From Antedon mediterranea (Eukaryota > Animalia > Echinodermata), in the NCBI RefSeq assembly GCF_964355755.1, contig NC_092672.1, forward strand, positions 37,144,437 to 37,208,436: a stretch of 64,000 nucleotides of DNA, read 5' to 3'. This document shows, piece after piece, positions 27,251 through 38,846 of this stretch. The number at the start of each line of letters is the position of its first letter. The first letter of the stretch is position 1. Both the position numbers and the translations under genes were made by a program. The notes beneath the pieces are model-generated. The model ran no database searches and had not been told where the DNA came from. It worked only from the letters and a program-made list of their open reading frames with translations.

Positions 27251-27911
27251 AAAAATGGCCAAAATATCCATTTTTTTAAATTCCATTATTATGCGATAAT
27301 ATTGCTATATATGCGCATATATTGCGTTATTATCATCTCATAGAGTGTTTGTAACCAGTATTGTCGAAAAATAAAAGGGCCAAAATTTGGCCATTTTTGT
27401 AAAAAATCCCCGACAGAATACATTATGTGCGTCTAAGCATGTCAGGTTATGATATATCATAGTAGCCAGTTATATCCAAAACAAAATTGTCGACATTTTG
27501 CCATTTTCCTTAAAATTCCCTGTACAATAACATGTGTTTTCGAAAATTATGATGGAACATGAGCAGATCACATTTTGTGCGTTTTCGCATATCGAATTAT
27601 GATTGAGTAACCAGTAATAAATCACTTTATCCCTTTTATTTTTATCCAAAATGTCCAAATTTCGAACCTTTTAATTAATTTTGAAACAACCGGTTTCTAT
27701 GATTATGCCGCAATGTCTGAGCATATATAAGCAATATATTAAAATTAAATGATTTTTAAAATAAATGTTGAGATTATGGATTGCTGCTTCGCAACAAGAT
27801 TCTCCTCAGTTGAGGAATAAAATGGAAATAAAACACCATACCACAATTTAAAGTACCGTTATAATTATATATAAATCAATGATGTTGCGTAGCACTGTGT
27901 AAATTATATAT

Positions 27912-28112
27912 AAATCATACTTTAAATTATATAAACAGTGCTCATATTCGGAACATGATCTCATAATCGCGTCGAGCATATACAACTAAAAAATACGGAA
28001 CTTTCGCCAATGAGCTATGCTCGACGCGATTATGAGATCATGTTCCGAATATGAGCACTGTTTCTATAATTTACAGTATGATTTATCAACCTGAATATAT
28101 ATATATATATAT
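27912..28112. repeat. ~70-bp inverted repeat, probably a Penelope pLTR remnant
   Basis: Arms ~27912-27980 and ~28016-28084 are reverse complements. The segment ends TCAACCTGAA(TA)n, like the Penelope end at ~43965. Confidence 0.55.
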
Positions 28113-29586
28113 AAACAAATCAGGCAAAGAACATTAATTCTAAATATATAAATCCAAAGGCAAATTACTGAAAAAAATTACAATGCTGTGGGTATCAGTG
28201 GCTGGATCTCAATGGAGATACAAAAATAAAAAGCGAAAAGCTAAATCAAAACGATAAAGTAAACAGCCAGAAAAGTTAGCAGAGCTGATATATATATATA
28301 TATATTCTGAAATAATTTAAATTAAATAACTTATATTTTACTATTATCGGAATGTCATGAATATTTGTGAGGCAGTATAATTCTTTACATGAAGTGGATA
28401 TTACATTCAAATAAAATGTCGGCCCAAATAATAATACGGACCACCTACAACTTAAATGAACACCAGAACAGATAGCTTTCTTCTATATTGCACTAACAGA
28501 TCGGTGGTTTAACCAGGGAAGAGTTAAATTACAATAATTAAATTCATTTAACTGTTCCCTGGTTTAACGGAATGTAAATCACCCGGTTCCATATGTACTG
28601 GTATTACGTATTCATTTTTACGTGGATACAATTTTAACTCATAAATAATTATAATATAATTATAAATAAATACGTCATCTGTGCAAACTTGAATAACGTA
28701 TCATCCTTCGAATTTTACATATAATTTTAAAAACTTAACTATGGCAATTCCATTACGAATTGACAATAACGACATGTTATGTTAGGACATATAATATAAT
28801 ATAATTCCAGAAATATTACTAATAAATAATAAATGATACTAAAAACGTTATACAAATAATTACTGTTTATGAGTGCAATGGTACAAATAATTAATGTTTA
28901 TGAGTGCAATGGTACAAATAATTCGTGAAACGGTGAAAAATGAAATGCTATTATTTCAACAAGGCGCGAAGCCGAGTTAAAATATGACATTTCTTCTTTC
29001 CTCCGAATGAAATTATTTGTACAATTGAACTAATTTAATGAAACATTCATTATTTGTTTTATAACATACATACTGTGAAATATGTCAACAACCTAGGCAG
29101 CTCTAGATCAGTTAGCCTAGGTTAGCGATACAAATAAAATAACATTATATTTTAATAGAGTAAGTAAAATCACCTTAGTAAAAGGCACCTCTTTATGAAG
29201 CGTAGAATACAGTAAATTTTAGTGAGTTTAGTAATGGAGTTTATATACATTGCGCTACGCTGTAAACCTTTTTACCTTAAATATTAATTTAAATTTAATC
29301 TTAAACTTACATTTGAAGTCTGTACTATCGTAATGAAAAAATTTAAAGCATTACATTACATCAGCACACATCATTTACGGTAATAAATAATGAAGATATA
29401 AACTGGTACGGGTATTCCAATAACATGTTAAAAATGTGTCGCCGGCATCATATACCTTAACCTAACAATAAACCAATCCTGCCATGATACACTTATAAAA
29501 TGTGAAATTATGAGATTTGCGTTAGCTGTCTATTAGATTAGCACCTAGAATTGACTGTTTACACTTGCCATACTATATAAATAACA

Positions 29587-32500
29587 TTACGGGCACCTGA
29601 TTAAATAGTAGGTAACTTTTGATCTTCTTCCTGGAGTATCAAGATGTACATAGCTTGTGTCATCAACGATTGCGTTTCCATGTTGTATATATCCCATAAA
29701 TATATACGTTGAGCCTTTAACAAAAACATACACAATACGTTAAGAACGTTGATAAAACGGATTACTCATACATTTTTTGAAAATGTTAATTTTATCTAAC
29801 ATCAATTCAAGTTCAATAACATTTATTCAATAATAATAATAATAATAATGATGATGGTATTAGGATAAAGATTAGAAGTGGGTACTTGTCTCATCTTGAC
29901 CCTTATTACAATACAAAATGAAATAAAATAAAACAAAAGTAAAAATGAATTAAATGCAAATACAATTATGTAATATATAGTAAATTAATCAAGGTAAAGA
30001 GACAAATAAAATATTTTTCTTTAAAATATGTTACATAACAAAACAGATTTTTTTTAAATTTAATTTTCAAGTCTATTCCACAAATGCGGACCTGTTACAG
30101 TGATAAATATTTGACTTTTAGAAACATAAACATGTATAGGTTAAGGTTATCTCAAAGGTAAATTAACGTCATTCTCACCTTCAACTACATCGTGGCAGTC
30201 TTGTCCTGATGATACTATCATCCTTATGCTTACAATTTCATGAGAATCGTTTGCTGTGTTTGAAGAATTGCCTGCTGTGTTATTAGAATTGTCTGATGTG
30301 TTAGTAGAATTGCCTGCTGTGTTATTAGAATTGTCTGATGTGTTAGTAGAATTGTCTGATGTGTTAGTAGAATTGTCTGATGTGTTAGTAGAATTGTCTG
30401 CTGTGTTATTAGAATTGTCTGATGTGTTATTAGAATTGTCTGATGTGTTAGTAGAATTGTCTGATGTGTTAGTAGAATTGTCTGATGTGTTAGTAGAATT
30501 GTCTGCTGTGTTAGTAGAATTGTCTGATGTGTTAGTAGAATTGCCTGTTGTGTTATTAGAATTGTCTGATGTTTGATTGACAAACTTTATGTTAAGTGAA
30601 TCACGACCTTTGTATACATCGCCGACTACAACTTCCAAACGATTAACTAAATGTTCTGAGTATATTTCATTATGAATTGATGAAACTTTCCCGGATAATA
30701 CTGAAAGTAAAACAATAACAATTACATAAATGTTATATTTATTAAATTTATTGATTCCGATCATGTAAATAAATAAGATTCGTATAAAGATAACAATAGT
30801 ATAGGGCTAACGGTAAAGCTTTGACACAAGCGTGCACGTTTTAAAATATCTTGTACGCTCGCGTAAATCTCTGTCAATGTAGTTGATTGGGACTTATGAA
30901 TGACTAAAAATAAATCTAAATAAAATAAAAAAATAACTTACTAAATGTACTGCTGCATGTTGCGTCCCGTGTGAGTGGAAAAGCACAATATGGTGGTATG
31001 TAAGTGCCTACAGTGAAATTGAACATAATAATATATTTTATATAATAGCCCTAGATTTTTGATTTAGAGGTAAAGATTGACACCGAGTGTTGAATATGAC
31101 CAATGATTGGCTTTCTAATTAAAGTTGCTTTAAATATTTTTGAATAAATTAGCATTTTTCATTGTAGTTAATAGTATTAAGCTTTGCTTGTGTGTAGTAT
31201 TATCAGATGTAGAAAATTGTGTATTGATAAAATATATTTGGAAAATGGAAAGGTTACCTGCAAAGTTATTATTAACATTATTGACAACTATGACTTTTCC
31301 CGTGTCTTCATCTGTATTGTTTTAATGCATTTAAGAGCATATTAAAATAAAGCAAATCAATAGGAAGATAGTTTTTGCGATAAATTGACCAAACATACCG
31401 TGATGTATACAATCTCGTTTACATTCGTGTTTTGTTGGGAATATGTTACCAGTATCCGTCATATTACTGCAGGAACTGTTTCTAAATGGTAGACACTTGG
31501 CCCAGTCTGTATGATAGTACCATTCGAATCCACCACCATCACAATCAGGATCATCCACTATGTCACTATGGCTGTCTGGTACTGGTTGGTAGCAGCGACC
31601 GTTACAAGTTGTACTGCAATTTTCCTTCGAAAAAAAATGGTTATCGTTGCCTCCACTACCTCTGTACCAAAATCGTTTACATGTCATAGTGTCATTGTCG
31701 TAGTACCTACATTAAAAAAATAATAAGAATGTTTACTTATCGGTTTATTTACTTCATATTATGACTAATAAAAGAAACAGAAAGTAAGAAAATAATATTT
31801 TAAAAAATCAAAACATACCATCTTTGGTATATAAATGACCCATTTCCATGGTCTTTTGGTAGTGTGCATACTAAAACGTAAAACAAAACAAATATATATA
31901 TATATATAAGAAGTCAGTATTATTATGTTTTTTTATAGATAAGATTAAACAATATTTGATATATGATGATATAATGTATGATGATATATAATAATAATAA
32001 TAACCTATTTCCAAACTCTGGTTGTAATAATGCGTGTAGAGTCAAACAATTTATATAAAATAATAGGCCTACATATGGATTTTAATAATTTAAGATGCCT
32101 GCCGTTAAAAATCAATTTTTGTTGTGTAAAGCAATTATATAGATATAGTAAATACTAAATAACACGTTGGTATTATGTTACACAACACCAAATGAGTTTT
32201 AATGTTTCATAATATGTATATTTATTTTGTACCCACGTAGTGTAGTTGCATGTTTAAAACCTAAACACGTTTATAGCTACATGCTGTTTTTCTCCACTCG
32301 TTTAGCAGTCAACATGCCACTATTATGTTCAGTCAACATGTTTAGGTACCTGTTTAGCATTGCGTGCATATTAAATTACGGTGGCGGTAAAAAGCTCCAC
32401 ACATGAGCCACACATGGCAAATTAAACACGTTTAAAACCTAAACGTGTCCTTATATTGCTCCAAATGTTTAACAATCAACACGTTACTGATGTATTGAGT

Positions 32501-34355
32501 TGGATACAGATGATTTTAGAATATATTTAGAACCCAAACATGTTCATATCTAAACACTAATTTTATAGTGTACGTAAATCTAGAAGTAGATGAATTATAT
32601 CATGACATTTTATTATGGATGTTAATTCCAAAGATGAATTGAAATTGATGTAAATATTGACATTGGTATTGTGATGTGCTGTTGATGGGTCGAAGATTTT
32701 TTTATTTTCGTTTCTATACTGTAGAAAGTAACAATTATGAAAGGTCTGTTTTCTAAATATTGTAACAGGTTATCATATACATTGAATAAGATAATTATTA
32801 TGTTCTTAATGATGTTATGATATCTTTCTTATTTCTAGTTTTTATTTTTTTTTTAGAATTTAAAAGTTTCATATTTTATGTGCCTTCGCAGTTCACGTTA
32901 TCTGAATCTGATCGATGTTTGATTATTTTTCCAACGTTTCAACGGCAGAATGAATAATGTATGAACATTGATGGGTTTTAAAGCCTGCTTTATACAGAAT
33001 GGAAAGCCAAGTACATTAAGTAATCCAAACTGCCTACTTGCTGAAAAAACATTAATTATGCATTGTTTATAATTTCTGACTTAACAAGCTGGTGGAAAAT
33101 AACGAATAACAGTCACTCTACGGTGTATTATGGTTACAATGTTTATATGGTTTATATGAATAGATAGAACCTTAATGTGTTTGTCCCAATAATACACTAA
33201 AACGGTGCATAAGTTATGCCGAAAAAATAAGAGGGTTATAAATTTCTGTATTATATAAATAAATTATAAATTCATGTAGGCCTACTGAGTGGTATGGAAA
33301 TGGTGAACTATATTCATGATTTAAGAACATGATAATTAATGAACCCAAAACAGGATAGTTAGTTGAATATTATACAAATAATGTATATTAGTGCGATGGT
33401 ACAAATAATTGCATGAGGAATTAAATTAATTGTACCATCACTGCTGAACAACATACGATCCTGCTATTGGATTCCACGCATATTTTTTTCGTACACGGAA
33501 AAAGTATTACATGATGGTTAAATAGTATGTACTATTGCACGCCTTGTGACCCACAATCCAATCAAATGACAGGAATGTATTTAGGTGTTATATAAACATG
33601 AATAATATTGGTTAATATTATAAAACGTTGATTTTTTTTTCTTACCATTGGTCGTATACATTTTAGTTGTTGCTATGTATAGAACAAACAAAATTAAAAA
33701 AAGGTTAGATTTGATAACCGTGTGGCTGGCACAGAGATTATTCTTTTTTCTTGCGATCACCGCACCACTTTAATTTCTTATGGCTACGTGACATTGTACA
33801 TTTCGCGCAACAGTGACCGAAGTGACTTTATTGACCAACTAGCTGGTACCCAATGGACGGCAGTTGCAATTAGTCTAAAAAACACATTTTTCGTACAAAC
33901 TAGATAAAGGGGAATTAAAAAATGCCCCAGCTCAAACGGCGCTAGTATCGGACTTGTGGTTTAGGAGATAGAGGAACAAATTTTGGCTTAGTGCTATTAT
34001 GTTATAGATGTATCGCTCTATTTTTTACTATGTAATAATATATCAGTCTACATAACATCCGAGAATCTCCGATAATGATATTTTGGTGTATTAACACGTA
34101 GGCACGTAATTCTACTATTTAGTCGAGTTATCAAGTTATCTTCTACCGGATATATCTAAAGTAATACCACATCCGATCTACAGCCTCCACGTTGGCATAA
34201 TTATAGTGTATAGCTAAAATTTATGCCACTTTTTATAAATAGTAAATATAATGTATTCACTTACCTATAGGTGTTGCAATTGTTCCTAATTTATATGCCA
34301 TAGATAATATCCATAATGTTGGAAAAACGTAATTTATACAGTGATATGAAGACAT
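29587..34355 (-). CDS. Gene B: secreted Kunitz-Kunitz-NTR protein with an Asn/Ser/Thr repeat insertion, ~397 aa
   Basis: Minus-strand GT-AG exons: 34355-34265 (MSSYHCINYVFPTLWILSMAYKLGTIATPI, signal-like), 33672-33646, 31870-31819 (VCTLPKDHGNGSFIYQRW), 31706-31399 (two Kunitz), 31007-30942, 30700-30179, 29714-29587 (GSTYIFMG...LIRCP*). The total is 1194 nt and in frame. Confidence 0.8.
30250..30571 (-). repeat. Coding 21-bp minisatellite (NSTNTSD-type x15) in the gene B NTR exon
   Basis: AATTCTACTAACACATCAGAC-type units lie in frame within exon 30700-30179. Confidence 0.92.
31399..31706 (-). CDS. Gene B tandem-Kunitz exon
   Basis: WYYDNDTMTCKRFWYRGSGGNDNHFFSKENCSTTCNGRCYQP...CDGGGFEWYY...CKRDCIHHG, with tag| and |gtatgt boundaries. 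Confidence 0.9.
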
Positions 34356-35143
34356 GCTGTAGCTTGTTAAGGAACAGTACTACGACTCGCCGGTTGCTAG
34401 ACTGCGTCACGCAAACAAAAAAGGGTTATTCATTCCGTATGCCTCTTATAACGTGACGTAAGTAGTTTGTACTGTTGTAGTAATACCTTTTCTATTTGTA
34501 TCCTCCCTCCAATCAATCAAGAGACGGTGCCTGATTAATGATATTATCAATGTTTTCTGATGAAAGCGAAAAAAAAAAAAAACATAATCATAGCAGAGTG
34601 TTTATCTTATTACAATAAAAAAATATTAGTGGTAAATAATAATAATAATAATAAATTAAAATAAATAAATTGGTAATTATTAACAAAAAAAGTCCAACAA
34701 AAATAATTAACTTTATTATAATAATGTGTTGTGATTTCAAAGTAAAAATCTCAAATTTTAATTCCTAGAAATTTAAAATGAATGTTGGCTAATAGTATTC
34801 TCAATAACAGAATAAATTGAATAAAGGAAACAATACATGTAAAATAGTTAGGCGACAGACTAAGTCTTACAATCCAGTATAACACGCGTAGATATAAAAC
34901 GCATATCTAAGGTGTAGGATGCAACTTCCCTCACTCTATGATATTCAAAATTTCCTATTACGTGAATAAAATGTCGAATTGCCGTATAAGGCCCTATTTA
35001 TGTTTTAAATGATAATTAATAACGTCCGGATCCAGCCATAAACAATGGATAGCCCTACATTCTTACATGGGCAAAGGTACGTGGTGACCTCTTTTGATCA
35101 TCTCATAACGGTTCCAGCTGATACCTGGTAGTGCCACCTTTTT

Positions 35144-35269
35144 GCGCAATGTACAATGTACTTCGCACTGATAGTATCCGCTTGCGCAATGTACAATGTA
35201 CTTCGCACTGATAGTATCCGCTTGCGCAATGTACTATGTACTTCGCACTGATAATATCCGCTTGCGCAA
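35144..35269. repeat. 40-bp tandem repeat x3
   Basis: GCGCAATGTACAATGTACTTCGCACTGATAGTATCCGCTT repeated three times. Confidence 0.9.
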
Positions 35270-37139
35270 CCGCAAGGTAAATTAAAGCTCGCCATACCAT
35301 AGAGGAAAATCGTACAGTGATGTGTCGCCTGTTTCGAATGATTTTCTGTATAATACAATTTTAAAAGAAGCTGTCCATGGAAAAAACGTAACATTCAAAT
35401 GTAAATTACGTTATCAAATATATATCAAACTATTTTGAAAAACAAAATTGATGTGCCCGAATATGGTAGTATGATCCAAATATGAAAACATCACATAATA
35501 ACCTTTGCTAGTAGACGGAGTTTTAAACTGTCATTAATTATGATTGGAAAACCATATTTTAAGAGTTTACAGGTAAGCCTATAATGGACTAACACAATAT
35601 GAAAAAGCAATCTAACTATAAAAAGGCTTTGTGTATTATTTATATCATTCAACGAAAACTCTTTAACGTTCAACAGATAAAATGTATTTTTATTTTCCTT
35701 AAATCTACGAATACAAATGTAAAAATAAAATAAACAATTTAAGCGTTGATCTGACTTTTTCTGGGTAGGTCAGATTATGATAACATTAAAGCATTCCTGG
35801 TAGGATGACATCATCATTCATAATGTATGTAAATAGTTCCATGATAAATGTCAAAGGTCAGTTTCTTCGAATTTATTTTATTTTGCTGTTATGCGTAAAA
35901 GGCTAGGTTAATTAAATAAAATCCCGGATGTAATTAAATGAAATAATGAGATCTACATAATGAAGTCTTTCTAATATAGACATTATCAATGTAGATAGTT
36001 ATACTAAAATCAGGTCAATTCTTATAAAATGCTGTGACTACAAATCTATTACAGTTTGCGATCCTAAAAAAACATTCAATAGAAATCAATTGATTTATTT
36101 ATATATAACTGAAATATTAACTTTATGGTTATGTGATCATCATTAAAGTATGTTCGGAGCACGTTCACGATTCGATATTTTTTTATCTCCATCTATCACT
36201 AAGTGTTCAATATACATCTGTACATGGTCATCTTGTTTACGATAATATTAATGTAATATAATGCTTTATTATTGATGCAACTTTATACTTTATTAATCAG
36301 TAAATAATGGAACAATGACATAAACAGAGAGGACAACTTATGCTGTGTTAAATAGTGTAAAGTGTAATGTATATTGCTCTTGGTTAGCTGAATTGTTTGC
36401 TGGTTGATTCTGAATTTAAAAAAAATTAAAAAAAAAGTTTTAAATGATGTTGGGTGATCATCCTAACTTACGCTTGCAATTAGTCTTCATTTTCGTCTAA
36501 ACATTTTAATAGGTTAATTATTCATCGAGTTTGAAATAATTAGACAGACTATATAGGTGCCTATAGGATTCGTTAGTACAGTTGGTAACAAAATAAATTG
36601 TGTTTTTCGTTCAGAACAAAATACACGTTCTGTCAATTTTTCATTCACATGATTGACATTGCTAATGCGTGAATAATACAAGTATAGCCGTTACGTCACG
36701 CCCAAGTTCACAAATCACGATTGACTGAAAATGTAACAGAACCGTCTATCAAAGTAAAGACTTATTACTACAATAGTGTCATAAGTGGCTACTAATCTTA
36801 TGTATACAGCTAATTCAGTACAGGATATACCAACGTAAAACACTAGCAAATCTCACTGTTGTTCCATTGCCCAAGTCATTGTCTTGTACAAACCAATTTG
36901 CATAATAATTCCACCTGTGAGCTCAACAAGTCAATCAACAAAGAGTCACTAATGTGGAACAATACAATACAATGAGGTAAACCTGACTTCTCACAAAATA
37001 AATAAAACCGTAGATAATATAGAAATTATTAACAAATGCCTTTCTCTCTGTGTGGTAGTGTGTTTTGTAGTCATCGGTATTGTTTGTATTAATTATTATT
37101 GTATGTAAAGAGCATATTTAATTAAATGAATAGAAAACC

Positions 37140-37475
37140 CACTCGTGTTTCCGGTATCGTCATATTATATACGTCATAGGAACTGTTCTACATCCTATGT
37201 CCTTGTCTTTATGAGATTACGCCCATTCAAATCCGCCGCCAACACAATCATACAATTGGTGCTTATACCACAAAACTATTACCGTTATCGCCAACACTAT
37301 TGTTCCAAAACCATTGCGGCATTTCGTAGTAGCTCTAGCCGGCATAAAAGCATTTAAAACTAATATTTCCACTATTTTACTTTATATAAAATCCAAAAAA
37401 TGTTAAGAGTACAACATTTTACCATCTGCTTGAATGCTCAATCTCCGTGACCTTTTGCCTGTTCGCATACACTGT
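37140..37475 (-). pseudogene. Decayed Kunitz-Kunitz paralog fragment
   Basis: Exon 37475-37423 (DSVCEQAKGHGD*) is homologous to 6159-6102 but carries a stop and is 5 nt shorter. The downstream remnant reads GDNGNSFV and DCVGGGFEW. The intron sequence CACTATTTTACTTTATATAAAATCC is shared with gene C (~5894). Confidence 0.8.
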
Positions 37476-38846
37476 CTAAACAAAAACATTGGATTTTGAA
37501 AAATAAAATATTTTTGTTGGTATATAACTGAGTACGGTAAATGAAGGGGTGTTGTAAAATTGTCTTTAAATAAAATCAGTTTTAGGCATAGTTAAAATTA
37601 AAATTATAAAAATAGTTATGAATATCAATAGGGTTTTCTAAGGTAATGGTTTCGGTATATCCACTTTACTTATTACGTATCTTATTGTAGTAATACATTC
37701 TGACATCTGTTCTGTTTACAAAAAAACCACAATGATGTCAATTCTTACGTTATACTTTATGGATGACTATTCCATTCAATTTCTTTTATTTCGGAAATTC
37801 CATCCATATCAACAAACGTACAAAGAGAAAAAGAAAAATAAAATTCGCAAACTCTAAGCTTAAATATGTAGGATACTTCTCCATCTACAATACATTCATG
37901 TTTTGCTTTGTGACGCTTCATGAGGGGTCCGAAAAGAAATATCGCGTTCGCGGGGATGCAGGTACGACCCATTATTTGACTAACTTTTAGAAAACTGTAT
38001 CGGCTGCCATTGATAACAAATAAATAAATGTTGATTTGATTTTCGTATATTTCTGAATTTGTGCACTTTCTCTAGTTAGAGCAATTATATTATATATATA
38101 TGGCTCTGCCTCTACTAACAAGAATGCGCCCTCTCTTGTTGGGAGTGAAAAATGCGGCGATAAAATGTTATAGAGCCGCCATCGCTAACAGAAAAAAAAG
38201 AAAAGCTAATGCGCACACGCGTGTAAGCAAGGATTTTTCGTCTTAAGAACATAAATTGCTGCCCTCTAGAGTTTAATATTACGCGTGCGCAACGTAAAAT
38301 TTACCCAAGACAACTTTCTGCTAAGACGGTTTGATAAATAATCCTAAGTTTTAGCTTAAATAATGTGGTTGTGCACATTTGAGGGAAAATTGTTTGCACA
38401 AATGTGGTTGTTTTTGTATGTTTCACGGCTCAAGGTATCCTGCCCACACAGACCCTGTAGGCCTACATGCGGATTTGGTTGGCGTGTTTGAACGGTTCCT
38501 ACGTTAATTATGTTCGGTCTTAGGTTAACAAAGTTCAAAGGAAGAACGAACTAAAACTGAAAACACCTAGGCCTCAGTATATTAAAAATACAAAAGAGAG
38601 GTACGAGGATGCTTTTTTAAAATGAACCTATAAGAATCAATGTAAATTCACAGTCTACACATACTATAGGTATAATATACATTGAATATGATGTTTTAGT
38701 TATTATTTTACAAATAAAATTGAAAAACTTAAGCCTACCGCGTCGCCTCGTACTGATCGACCATTTTCTTTTTGATGTTGACAGTTTTAAAATAACGTCA
38801 TAAACTTTGCACCGTCTATCGGACCGAACGTTACATCAATCAATTA

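Noticed and set aside
30230-30583. Alternative-frame ORFs (THQTILL / VLVELSD repeats)
   Set aside because: These are shadow frames of the coding 21-bp repeat. Only the NSTNTSD frame is continuous with the NTR exon.
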